DNA from: Minisyncoccota bacterium
GTDB taxonomy: Bacteria > Patescibacteriota > Minisyncoccia > Phycocordibacterales > DATDSR01
DNA: 64,000 bases
Assembly: GCA_036517655.1 (NCBI GenBank)
Contig: DATDVE010000016.1
Span: 2,979-66,978, forward strand
Reading direction: 5' to 3'
The notes beneath the pieces were generated by a model. That model was given only the letters and a program-made list of their open reading frames with translations, was not told the origin of the DNA and made no database searches. Positions 46,999-56,337 of the stretch are shown here, in pieces (the stretch's first letter is position 1; every line of letters begins with the position of its first letter). The position numbers and the translations under genes are program-made.

Positions 46999-48031
46999 CT
47001 TCTCTTTCCACTAACACACTGGCGAATCTCTCAAGGTCCTCCAGAATGAATCCAGCTCCCCTTACCACGCAAGTTAGTGGATCTTCGGCGATATATACCG
47101 GCACCTTAAGTTCGTCCTCAAGTAGCTTAGCTAGATTAGTAATAAGCGCCCCACCACCCAAAAGAACTAGCCCTCTGTGCATAACATCCGCAACCACTTC
47201 TGGCGGAGTACTTTCAAGTACCTCCTTAACAGACTCAACGATAAGGGCGAGCGCCGGACCGAGGGCCTCGCGTATGTCAGTGTCAGTAACGACAACCTCA
47301 CGCGGGAGACCCGTGACCAAATCCCTCCCCCGGATTGAGAGCTCGATCGGTTCAGAGAGTTCAGTCGCGGACCCAATTGATAGCTTTATATTCTCCGCAG
47401 TTTTCTCGCCAATCAAAATTTTGAACTCCTCGCGCACATAGTTGATAATGTCGTCATTGAGCCTGTCACCGGCAACACGCAAATTTTTGGACGCGACAAT
47501 GCCACCAAGAGAGATCACGGCAATATCTGTGGTACCGCCGCCGATATCAATAACCATACTGCCAACTGGTTCACCCACTGGAAGCTTGGTACCGATCGCT
47601 CCGGCCATTGGCTCCTCAACCAGATGCACTTCGCGCGCGCCGGCATTACGTGCCGCATCGCGCACAGCGCGCTTCTCAACATTGGTAATACCCGAAGGTA
47701 TGCCCACCACGACTCTCGGGCCCAACATTTTCTTGCCCGAAATTTCCATCGCCTTTCTAATGAAATGGGCCAGCATCTCTTCTGTGGCCTCAAAGTTAGA
47801 AATTACCCCGTCTACAAGCGGTCGCACAGCAACAACATGCCCAGGCGTGCGGCCAACCATCTTGCTCGCATCTTTGCCCACGGCCACCACCTGGCCAGTT
47901 TTCTGATTGATCGCCACAACTGATGGCTCGTTCACAACTATCCCCTTCCCTTTAACATAGACAAGCGTGTTAGCAGTACCCAAGTCAATGCCCATATCAT
48001 CAGAAAATCTTTCTTTAAACCATCTTAACAT
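46976..48031 (-). CDS. mreB: rod shape-determining protein MreB
   Basis: Actin-fold motifs (GIDLGTANTLVYV, DIGGGTTD). Confidence 0.9.
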   Translation of the reverse strand: MLRWFKERFSDDMGIDLGTANTLVYVKGKGIVVNEPSVVAINQKTGQVVAVGKDASKMVGRTPGHVVAVRPLVDGVISNFEATEEMLAHFIRKAMEISGKKMLGPRVVVGIPSGITNVEKRAVRDAARNAGAREVHLVEEPMAGAIGTKLPVGEPVGSMVIDIGGGTTDIAVISLGGIVASKNLRVAGDRLNDDIINYVREEFKILIGEKTAENIKLSIGSATELSEPIELSIRGRDLVTGLPREVVVTDTDIREALGPALALIVESVKEVLESTPPEVVADVMHRGLVLLGGGALITNLAKLLEDELKVPVYIAEDPLTCVVRGAGFILEDLERFASVLVEREDELAREK

Positions 48032-49226
48032 CGCCTGTTCGTCTATCTTTAACTTCTATGCCTCCGGCGGCAATGCTCTTTTTACTCACAACGAAGCGCT
48101 CGGGTATACCTATTAGGTCAGCATCGGCAAACTTCTCACCGGCGGGCACATCTCGATCATCATAAAGAACTTCTTTCCCTTCTTTAATTAATTTCTTATA
48201 AAGTTTATCAGCCTCACCCTTAGTTTCTTGATCAAGTGAGAGTAAGTGGATCTGGAACGGCGCAACCGATTCCGGCCAAACAATCCCCTTCTCATCAGAT
48301 AATAGTTCAACAATAGTGCCCATGAGTCTGCTTGGCCCAATGCCATAACAGCCCATCAATACTGACTTCTTATTTCCTTCACTATCCTTACAACTTAAGC
48401 CGAGAGCATCACTGAAACGACTTCCGAGGGTAAAGATATTTCCAACTTCGATTGCTTTCACCTCTCTCAAGTCCCCCCTTGCAAGATCAAGATCGGCCAG
48501 AACGGCGTCGGTTAAGACCTCCTTGTTTACAGCCAAATTCCTATCTTTAGATACATATATAAGATCCTCACCAGCCTCCGAAACTGTCTGGAATTCGTGC
48601 GAATACTTGCTAAAGATGCCGCCCGAAGCAAAGGTCCTGTATGTGTGTTCACCTACTCCTAAACGATCAAAAACCTTGACATACGCACCCGCAATCATCT
48701 CGTAAACTCTATTAAAATCTTCTTCGCTGTCATGAAAAGAATACATATCCTTCATCAAGAATTCTCGACCACGCATGATCCCACTTTTGGCCCGAGCCTC
48801 GTTTCTAAATTTCGTATTTATCTGATAGACGATCTTTGGTAGATCTTTATATGACTGTATGTATTCAGACATTATGCGGGTGAGGGGTTCTTCGTTGGTA
48901 AGGGCAAGACCAACCTGACCACCATTTTTGAGTTCGGACTTGAACCAGTTATCAACTTTCGAATCATCCCAGCGATCCGTACGTTCATAAAGTTCTCTGT
49001 CTTGAATAAGAGACATTGAAATTTCCTGCCCACCAATAGCATTCATTTCCTCACGAATGATCCCAACAATTTTACTTAGGACCCGGAGTCCTAAGGGGAG
49101 ATATGAGTAGACTCCGGCCATTTCTTTGTGAATATACCCCGCTCTGATGAGTAATTGAGCGTTCTTAGAGACCTCATCTTTGGGAGCCTCCCGCCTAGTT
49201 TTAGTAAACAAAAAAGACTGTCGCAT
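48015..49226 (-). CDS. proS: proline--tRNA ligase, minimal form (no editing insertion)
   Basis: 403 aa class II aaRS. Motif 2 FRNEARAKSGIMRGREFLMKDMYSF and a C-terminal anticodon-binding domain. No INS editing domain. Confidence 0.7.
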   Translation of the reverse strand: MRQSFLFTKTRREAPKDEVSKNAQLLIRAGYIHKEMAGVYSYLPLGLRVLSKIVGIIREEMNAIGGQEISMSLIQDRELYERTDRWDDSKVDNWFKSELKNGGQVGLALTNEEPLTRIMSEYIQSYKDLPKIVYQINTKFRNEARAKSGIMRGREFLMKDMYSFHDSEEDFNRVYEMIAGAYVKVFDRLGVGEHTYRTFASGGIFSKYSHEFQTVSEAGEDLIYVSKDRNLAVNKEVLTDAVLADLDLARGDLREVKAIEVGNIFTLGSRFSDALGLSCKDSEGNKKSVLMGCYGIGPSRLMGTIVELLSDEKGIVWPESVAPFQIHLLSLDQETKGEADKLYKKLIKEGKEVLYDDRDVPAGEKFADADLIGIPERFVVSKKSIAAGGIEVKDRRTGDVKMV

Positions 49227-49256
49227 TGGCCTATCCTAGCACAAAAATGGGCGATA

Positions 49257-50291
49257 CTAAACTAGCTTTGCTATGTCTCTATATGTGATAACTAACATCA
49301 AGATTATCAAGAGTGAGAAGCCGACTACGTTTATCGTGTTTGCTATCTTTTGCTTAATGGGCGAACCCTTGATTGCCTCTATAATTACAAAGAGCAAACG
49401 TCCACCGTCTAGGGCCGGGAATGGCACAAGGTTGATGACAGCAAGCGACAGAGACAAAATAGCGGTCAGTAACAAGAGCGAAATAAAGCCGTGCTTGCTC
49501 GCCTCACCCACAATGCCCGCAATACCCACCGGCCCCACGACGCCTTCCAAACTTCCCTCTCCTTTCAATGCGTCGCCTATAAAGGTGGCAAGAGCTCCCG
49601 CAGTTCCTGTTGTGAGCCTGTACGTTACCGAAACGGCGGAGGGCAGAGCTTGAATCGGAGACAAGTGCGCATCACCAACAAAGTCCATTTCTATTCCCAA
49701 GATCGGCTCCGGCAGTAAAATATACGTCTTATCCGGGGTAACAACCTCAACATTCTCTCCCTTATGCGCAGATACATAATCCTGCAAGGCCTCGGGCGTC
49801 TCAAAATTACTGATTTCTGTACCCGGTGGGATCTGGGCTTCGTCCGCGGGTGATCCCGGCACAACTGCCGTCACAATGACTCGATGATTAGTTATATCGG
49901 ATTCGTGATCGGCAAAATCTGCAACAGATACCGGCAGCCCCGCCTGCAGGCCAACCCATATGAGTACGGAGGCGAGCAGAATATTAAACACGATTCCGGC
50001 CACAATCACGGCCGCCTGGACAAGTCTCGGCTTTCTAGAAATACTGCGCTCTGGTTCGAGGTCTGGGCTGGTACTATCAGAATCTTCGCCATGAATCCGG
50101 ACATAACCTCCAAAAGGAATCCAGTTGAGAGAGTAGATAGTTTCGCCAATCTTCTTGCCATAGGCCCTGGGCGGCAGACCCAAGCCAAACTCGAGCACCT
50201 TGATGCCCGATAACTTGGCTACGATGAAGTGCCCGAACTCGTGGGAGAGCACAAGAACTGCCAGGATTATTATAAGTAAGATAACGCTCAT
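49257..50291 (-). CDS. rseP: RIP metalloprotease RseP (site-2 protease, M50)
   Basis: HExxH (HEFGH) in TM1, PDZ domain, LDGG motif (ALDGGRLL). Confidence 0.85.
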   Translation of the reverse strand: MSVILLIIILAVLVLSHEFGHFIVAKLSGIKVLEFGLGLPPRAYGKKIGETIYSLNWIPFGGYVRIHGEDSDSTSPDLEPERSISRKPRLVQAAVIVAGIVFNILLASVLIWVGLQAGLPVSVADFADHESDITNHRVIVTAVVPGSPADEAQIPPGTEISNFETPEALQDYVSAHKGENVEVVTPDKTYILLPEPILGIEMDFVGDAHLSPIQALPSAVSVTYRLTTGTAGALATFIGDALKGEGSLEGVVGPVGIAGIVGEASKHGFISLLLLTAILSLSLAVINLVPFPALDGGRLLFVIIEAIKGSPIKQKIANTINVVGFSLLIILMLVITYRDIAKLV

Positions 50292-50299
50292 TATTTATA

Positions 50300-50848
50300 C
50301 TACTGCGAGATCTCCGTTATCTTCTTGTCTGTGACGAGCTCAAGATTCTTGTTACAAGTATCTACCAGAGTCTGCATATCCTCTTTTAGTTTGAATTTCT
50401 CATCTTCGCTTATAGTCCCCTTCCTTTCGTTCTCTACTATATCGTTCCAGACAGATTCTCGGTCGCGCTTGATGCTTACGCGGGCTTCTTCATGTTTCTC
50501 CTTGACCAATTTCTCCAACAACTTTCTGCGCTCGGCTGTAAGATCTGGGAAGATCACCCGCATACCCGCTCCATCTACGACCACACTCACACCAAGATTT
50601 GCTGCGGAGAGCGCCGACTCAATTGCTTTGACCGCTGCCTTATCCCAGGGCGCAATTCTGATTGTCTTGGCATCTTCTACCGAAATTGCAGCAAGGTGGG
50701 AAATTTTACTCTGTGCTCCATAGAGTTCTACATTTACGCCGTCAAGAACAGCAGGCGTAGCTCGACCTGTACGCAAGCTTTGGTACTCATGCGAGAGCCA
50801 CGTTTCAATATTCCCCAATTTTTGTTTGAAACTATTTAAGTTGTACAT
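50300..50848 (-). CDS. frr: ribosome recycling factor
   Basis: 182 aa; RRF pattern (...RTGRATPAVLDGVNVELYG...). Confidence 0.9.
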   Translation of the reverse strand: MYNLNSFKQKLGNIETWLSHEYQSLRTGRATPAVLDGVNVELYGAQSKISHLAAISVEDAKTIRIAPWDKAAVKAIESALSAANLGVSVVVDGAGMRVIFPDLTAERRKLLEKLVKEKHEEARVSIKRDRESVWNDIVENERKGTISEDEKFKLKEDMQTLVDTCNKNLELVTDKKITEISQ

Positions 50849-51051
50849 AAATTTATATGCTCCAGAATAGCACGGATGGGAGTATCGGTTGAATAGAGCA
50901 AGCGTCTCGCATGCATAATCTCCCGCAATTTAATCTCATTCTCGCTTACACCTTGCTTGTAAAATCCCTCTTCTAATTGGGCTAAGTGTGCGAGTGCACC
51001 CTCCCGGTCGCCACTGTCTGCCAATTCTTCAATAACTTTTCTCTCTATCAT
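50836..51051 (-). CDS. hypothetical protein (71 aa)
   Basis: ORF between the MreB paralog and frr; no recognisable motifs. Confidence 0.25.
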   Translation of the reverse strand: MIERKVIEELADSGDREGALAHLAQLEEGFYKQGVSENEIKLREIMHARRLLYSTDTPIRAILEHINLCTT

Positions 51052-51073
51052 TTCCCTTAATTATTTCTCTTCA

Positions 51074-52081
51074 TTATTTCTTTGCAATGATACTCTTCTT
51101 ATATGTATCAAGATGCTCTAGGGCAATGCCAGTACCGTTCACAACACAATACAGAGGATTCTCGGCAAGAGTTGCCTTAACTCCTGTCTTCCTGAAAATG
51201 AGTTCTGGCAAATTACGAAGTTGTGAACTTCCGCCGGTCATAATGATGCCTTGATCAATAATATCTGCCGCAAGTTCAGGTGGCGTATCTTGGAAGACGT
51301 CACGGACTGCCTTCACAATCTGCCTCAATTCTCCGTCAATTGCTGCCACAATCTGATTGGTGCTAAGTTCGATTGTCCTGGGCAAGCCCGTCAAGAAATC
51401 ACGCCCTCTTACTGGGGCCTTCTCCTCCTCTTCCACGGTCACAGCCGAGCCTATCGTTATTTTAATTTCCTCCGCAGTTTTGTCTCCGATTGCCAAATTG
51501 AAAGTCTTCCTTATGTAGTCAGTTATACCTTGATCTATTTTATCCCCGGCGCACTTCACGCTTGTGCTTGCCACAATTCCTCCCAAACTTATTACAGCCA
51601 CATCTGTTGTGCCACCGCCAATATCTACTACCATGTGCCCTTTTGCCTCATAAATGGGAATACCTGCGCCAATGGCCGCAAGTATCGGTTCCTTTATTAC
51701 GTAAGCGTTCTTCGCACCAGCTTTTATCGTCGCCTCGATCACAGCCCTGCGCTCGGTTGAAGTGACGCCTGCCGGGACCGATACCATGACTTCCGGCTTC
51801 CAAATATTCCACTTACCTAAAGCCTTATTCATATAGTAACGCAACATAGCCTCTGTGATTCTGTAGTCAGCGATCACGCCATCTTTCATGGGTCGGTAAG
51901 CCACAATGTTATCCGGAGTGCGCCCAATCATATCCTTAGCCTCAATACCTACAGCAAGCACCTTATGGTCAATTTCAGAGACGGCCACAACAGATGGCTC
52001 ATTTAGTACGACCCCTTTGTCTGGGACAAAAACTAGGGTATTGGCAGTACCCAGATCAATCCCCAATTTCTTCACAAACAT
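51074..52081 (-). CDS. MreB/Mbl-family actin homolog (second paralog)
   Basis: 335 aa, same actin-fold motifs (GIDLGTANTLVFV, DIGGGTTD) as the mreB at 46976-48031. Promoter TTGAGC...TAGTATATT upstream. Confidence 0.85.
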   Translation of the reverse strand: MFVKKLGIDLGTANTLVFVPDKGVVLNEPSVVAVSEIDHKVLAVGIEAKDMIGRTPDNIVAYRPMKDGVIADYRITEAMLRYYMNKALGKWNIWKPEVMVSVPAGVTSTERRAVIEATIKAGAKNAYVIKEPILAAIGAGIPIYEAKGHMVVDIGGGTTDVAVISLGGIVASTSVKCAGDKIDQGITDYIRKTFNLAIGDKTAEEIKITIGSAVTVEEEEKAPVRGRDFLTGLPRTIELSTNQIVAAIDGELRQIVKAVRDVFQDTPPELAADIIDQGIIMTGGSSQLRNLPELIFRKTGVKATLAENPLYCVVNGTGIALEHLDTYKKSIIAKK

Positions 52082-52116
52082 AGGAATATACTACAGCGCA
52101 AAGCTCAAAACGCAAA

Positions 52117-52140
52117 GCTCCTGCCTGCGCAGGCAGGCAA
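52117..52140 (-). terminator. palindromic hairpin CCTGCCTGCGCAGGCAGG downstream of the giant surface gene
   Basis: 18-nt perfect GC-rich palindrome immediately after the stop of the 1395-aa gene. The same 18-mer occurs at 18953-18970. Confidence 0.5.
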
Positions 52141-52149
52141 AGCGCAAAA

Positions 52150-55100
52150 TTAAAGTGCTGGGTCCGGGACTGGATCGGGCGCAGGTTCTTGTACGGGCTC
52201 CGCAATAGGCTCGGGTATTGGCTCTGTCACAACCTCCGGCATAACTTCCGGTTCAGAAACAACTTCCGGTTCAGGAATTATGTCTGGCTCGGGAACAATC
52301 TCGGATGCAGTATCAGTGCCGGGATCGATGCTAGCGCCCGAGGCTTCCAGAAGAGATTTAAATTCATTTCTGGTAACACAGATGTCTTCAACGCAAAGCT
52401 TATCAGTTACAACTTCGTCAGCTTCTAATCTCTTAACTCGCAGAGTTCCACTTTCGTCTATAGACCAGTTACTCGAATCTTTTTTAATTGAGTCGGCAAC
52501 AGTAAGTTGTGCGGGTGAAGCTTGATTCCGCAGATTAACGAAGACAAGCACCTTGCCCTCTTTTTCTGGTTCGTTATTCCAATCTTCAAGAGCCACCCCG
52601 AGAGCCGCCTCGCCCTCATTCGCCTTTTTACCAACGCCAGGCTCACTACCAGCGGATACCCAGTCGCCCTTAGAGATAGGCCCGTTATCGAGATTAACCT
52701 TAACGGGCACACGACCAACTAATGCGATGATCGGCCTCGTTGAAGTACCCTGCCTGCCCGGACCAATGATGACATCGGAGCCATTTATACCTATTGCTGG
52801 AGCCGTAGAAACTACACCTATAAGAACCTCGTCATGAATACCTTTATGCAGAACAGCCTTATCGACTACCCCTGTGTCAAGCGAGGCAATGTCACCCGCC
52901 TCCATGACTTCAGACGCCGGATATCGCTCGCCAATATCGAAGACTTCACCAATATCGTCCGCATCTGGCGTCTGATCAGAAGTGTCAACAGCGAGACCAC
53001 CCATTGACAAACCAGCACCAGAGATCGGACACGAAGTCCCCGCCGTAATACAAACCGCACCTTGAACAACCAGACCGCCCGCGTCCAAAGTCGCCGTTGT
53101 AGTACCAATCCTTACTAAACCATTGTTTTTCTGCACAGACAAATATCTATCGCCAACGGCGAATATCTGCCCATCCGATGGCGATGTCGTACCCACAGAA
53201 AGAATGCCGGCAAATGTAGAGGTAGCAATCGTGCTCGTGGCAAAATATTTATCCGCGACCACGCCACTCTCCCCCACAACAGAAAGTGACGCGTATGGTG
53301 AAGTAGTGCTGATGCCCAAGTATCCACTGCTAGTGAGCCGCATCCACTCGGTTAAACCCACCGATGAATTCTTGGTAGAGAACGTGAGAACACTTTTTGG
53401 AGACGTAGTTGATGTGTTTGTCAGCACACCAGCAATCCTCGCCGTGGTACTGCTCGTCGTAGCATTATCCTGCACAGAGAAGGTCAGTGCTGAACCGATG
53501 CCCGACGCTACCCCCAGAGAGGAGGTGGCCATATGGCCTATATCAAGCGCGTCGCTCACGCTGTTACGAAATGTGTCCGAGATGGTAGAACGCAACGAGG
53601 GGAAGATGGCAATGGTGCTTGTAGAATAGGTACTGAATATGCCTGGTCCGTATGAGCCGATGCCCCCGCCCCCAACTGTTAGGCCAGAGCCGACATACAA
53701 CCTGCCCCCAACCGTAAGTCCGTTGATAACACTTGCCGCACCCGCTTCAAGGTTGTGGGCCACAACGGATTGGGCTTCAATGCCGGTGGTGTCGAAAATA
53801 TGAAGAGCACTCTCGGCCGAAATAAGGTACCTGCCCATAAGGGCGATACCGTGTCCGGTTGCAGCATCTGCTTCATTAGTAGAGCCAATCTGCCGTGGAT
53901 TATAGGGATCGGATATGTCATAGGCACGAATTGCGTTAGTGAACCCGCCACCTAAGTGGAATGATACGTACATGTATTTCCCGGCAATGATTAAACGCTC
54001 TGCGTCTGCGCCTACTTCTACTCCACCTATTTCTACTGGGGAATTAATGTTTTGTATGTCAAAAATTCTTATTTCATTGGCCCCGGCGTTGGCGGCGGTC
54101 GTCACATAGGCGTAACGCCCCCGGACCTCTATCTGCGTAGCACTCGCATTAACGTCAAGTGACCCAACTTTTTTAAGTAAATTGGGATTTGTAATGTCGT
54201 ATATACCTACATCACCTCCAAATAGGCTAGAGAAAAGGTACTTGCCAAACACTTCCACTTTTTGTTGAGCATTTGATTCATTGATCCCACTTACAAAAAC
54301 CGGATTCGCTGGATTCGTAATATCGTAAACCATAATATCCTGCGACAAACTATCGCTTCCAGCAACAAACAGTAATCCACCGGATACAACAGCATCTCTA
54401 ATTATATTTGATCCACCAGTATCAATCCCTCCTATTTTGATAGGTATTCTTGGATTTGACATGTCCCATATTTCGAGATCGTCACCGCTAACGGTGCCAT
54501 ATGAAATGTAGGCATAATGTCCGTACGAACTAAAATTGTTCGGGGCTGCTGCTATACTTGTGGTACTAACCAAAGTGGTGCTTGCCGTTGGGGAAATCTC
54601 GTACACAACTAACTCACCGTTAACTGTCGCACCAAATAAGTATCGACCAAAGGTGCTCATATGGGTGAGGCGACTTGTTCCTGTTGGAAGTGCTACCGTA
54701 TCCAACAATATCATCGTACTTGTCGTAGCCGTGTCGCCGAGCATTTGAATTATATTGCCAGCGGTGACAGAAAGAGCTGACATGGGCGTTGTCGTGCTAA
54801 TGCCCACTTTGGTAGCGCCTGCGGGATATATGGCGGTTAAGTCAACACTTGACGTGGCCCATTTGGAAATAGAAGTGGCGGGAATTGTACCTACGCACAC
54901 ACTATTTATTGCGAAGCAACCCCTGCCGGCAGATAAGTTAATGCCGTTGGCAAATGTTGATGTCGCAGTACTGACAGAGGCCAGAGCTGATGTCGTGGCC
55001 CAGCCTGATACGATTAGGTTGGTGGTAGAAGCAAGATTATAGACGTTTAGATTACTTGTCGTAGCCGCAATGGCGAAAAGCTTGATAAAGCTTGAGGTGG

Positions 55101-56337
55101 CCATCGTGCCTGTCGCTTCGTAATGATCAGCTACTACCCCCGTTGAACCCACCACCGAGAGAGCGGCGTATGGAGAAGTGGTACCGATGCCAATGTTGCC
55201 GCTAGTGGCAATTCTAAACCATTCTGTTGTTACGGCCGTGTTCTCGTTTATTTGCCCAAAAGTAAATGGCTTCGCAATGCTGGAACCAAAGAAGCCGGTT
55301 AAGAATGCTTGTCGATCTGCCGTATTAAGAATAATCAATCGATCGTAATTTGATGGATCTGCCACAAAATCTGTGCCGAAAAGATCTATGAACGTCTTTT
55401 CCGCACCGATGCCCCACGTCGCTGCCGTGGGTGTGCCCTTTGGGAGAACACGCCAGACCCCTGCAGTATTGGCATCTACGGGTTGGTTCGTTATAGTGGC
55501 ATACCCAGCTCCTGCGGAGGCGGCCTTGATCGTAAATTGACTATTGAGTTGAAGCTGGTCGTTGGCATCGTCCCAGATAAAATTGGCATCTGATGAGAGA
55601 TTTGAAGCTGTAGTCCAGAAGGCAGCACGGTTGGCCGCACCCGAACCAGTTATACCAGACCCACCCACGCAAGTGCCATTAATCGCGAAGCAACCAGCCG
55701 CTAAGTTCACTCCGTTTGCAATTTGAGTGGTTGTTGCTCCCGATACATGTAAACGGGTGGTGGTGGCCGCCGTGCCTGTGGCGTTGATAAACGAAAAGTA
55801 CTGGATTGTAGAGGAGGCGGTCACAAGCAGTCCACCGGTTGAAGTGCCCACTATATCGGAACGTATAAACCCGTCCGAATCAATTCCATCAAGTCTGTCA
55901 GCCTCGAAGGCAGCGGGCACAGTGCCGAATTGCTTGCGTGGGGTCATCTCATTGTCCCAAACTGGAGTAGAACTCGTCCCACCAATACTCACGCCTAGGT
56001 ACAAATCCTGATTATAGTTTAGCGACGAGAGAGAGGTGATATCACCGAGCAACACAGAGAACAAGCCATTCGTTACCGTAACTGCTGTGGTTGTAGATGT
56101 GTGCACTTCGGTCCAAAGGGCACCTCCCCCAGAAGATGCCGTATAAATGCGGAAGATTATATTGTAGTCACCGTCGCCCACAAGAACCCCACTTGAGTCT
56201 GTGAGTTTGCCTTGATAGTTGATTTCTTTGTTAAAACTTGAAGTGGCAGCAGATGCGCTTCGCACAAGTGCAAAAGTCAAAAAGCAAAGTGCAAAAGTGC
56301 AAGTCAAAATTTTAAATTTTGGACTGAAATTTTTCAT
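52150..56337 (-). CDS. giant cell-surface protein (1395 aa): signal peptide, Thr/Ser/Gly/Ala-rich fibrous regions, LVIVD-type beta-propeller repeats, Pro/Glu-rich C-terminal tail
   Basis: Signal peptide MKNFSPKFKILTCTFALCFLTFALVRSASA. Repeats of the form YAYV...G..I.DI.NP..P..VG (LVIVD-like). C-terminal PEPEVVSEPEVMPEVVTEPIPEP. ATGA overlap with the upstream gene. Confidence 0.75.
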   Translation of the reverse strand: MKNFSPKFKILTCTFALCFLTFALVRSASAATSSFNKEINYQGKLTDSSGVLVGDGDYNIIFRIYTASSGGGALWTEVHTSTTTAVTVTNGLFSVLLGDITSLSSLNYNQDLYLGVSIGGTSSTPVWDNEMTPRKQFGTVPAAFEADRLDGIDSDGFIRSDIVGTSTGGLLVTASSTIQYFSFINATGTAATTTRLHVSGATTTQIANGVNLAAGCFAINGTCVGGSGITGSGAANRAAFWTTASNLSSDANFIWDDANDQLQLNSQFTIKAASAGAGYATITNQPVDANTAGVWRVLPKGTPTAATWGIGAEKTFIDLFGTDFVADPSNYDRLIILNTADRQAFLTGFFGSSIAKPFTFGQINENTAVTTEWFRIATSGNIGIGTTSPYAALSVVGSTGVVADHYEATGTMATSSFIKLFAIAATTSNLNVYNLASTTNLIVSGWATTSALASVSTATSTFANGINLSAGRGCFAINSVCVGTIPATSISKWATSSVDLTAIYPAGATKVGISTTTPMSALSVTAGNIIQMLGDTATTSTMILLDTVALPTGTSRLTHMSTFGRYLFGATVNGELVVYEISPTASTTLVSTTSIAAAPNNFSSYGHYAYISYGTVSGDDLEIWDMSNPRIPIKIGGIDTGGSNIIRDAVVSGGLLFVAGSDSLSQDIMVYDITNPANPVFVSGINESNAQQKVEVFGKYLFSSLFGGDVGIYDITNPNLLKKVGSLDVNASATQIEVRGRYAYVTTAANAGANEIRIFDIQNINSPVEIGGVEVGADAERLIIAGKYMYVSFHLGGGFTNAIRAYDISDPYNPRQIGSTNEADAATGHGIALMGRYLISAESALHIFDTTGIEAQSVVAHNLEAGAASVINGLTVGGRLYVGSGLTVGGGGIGSYGPGIFSTYSTSTIAIFPSLRSTISDTFRNSVSDALDIGHMATSSLGVASGIGSALTFSVQDNATTSSTTARIAGVLTNTSTTSPKSVLTFSTKNSSVGLTEWMRLTSSGYLGISTTSPYASLSVVGESGVVADKYFATSTIATSTFAGILSVGTTSPSDGQIFAVGDRYLSVQKNNGLVRIGTTTATLDAGGLVVQGAVCITAGTSCPISGAGLSMGGLAVDTSDQTPDADDIGEVFDIGERYPASEVMEAGDIASLDTGVVDKAVLHKGIHDEVLIGVVSTAPAIGINGSDVIIGPGRQGTSTRPIIALVGRVPVKVNLDNGPISKGDWVSAGSEPGVGKKANEGEAALGVALEDWNNEPEKEGKVLVFVNLRNQASPAQLTVADSIKKDSSNWSIDESGTLRVKRLEADEVVTDKLCVEDICVTRNEFKSLLEASGASIDPGTDTASEIVPEPDIIPEPEVVSEPEVMPEVVTEPIPEPIAEPVQEPAPDPVPDPAL

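Noticed and set aside
47442-47906. 154-aa plus-strand ORF within mreB
   Set aside because: Antisense to a well-supported MreB gene; low-complexity Ser/Pro/Thr-rich translation.
52189-55042. Multiple plus-strand ORFs (60-170 aa) inside the giant surface gene
   Set aside because: Antisense shadow ORFs of a 4.2-kb minus-strand CDS with a continuous frame and a signal peptide.
56270-56320. Short GCAAAAG/ACTTTTGCAC tandem-like repeats; considered as a CRISPR or repeat element
   Set aside because: They lie inside the signal-peptide coding region of the 1395-aa gene (TCTFALCFLTFAL) and reflect codon repetition for a hydrophobic helix; no spacer/repeat periodicity.
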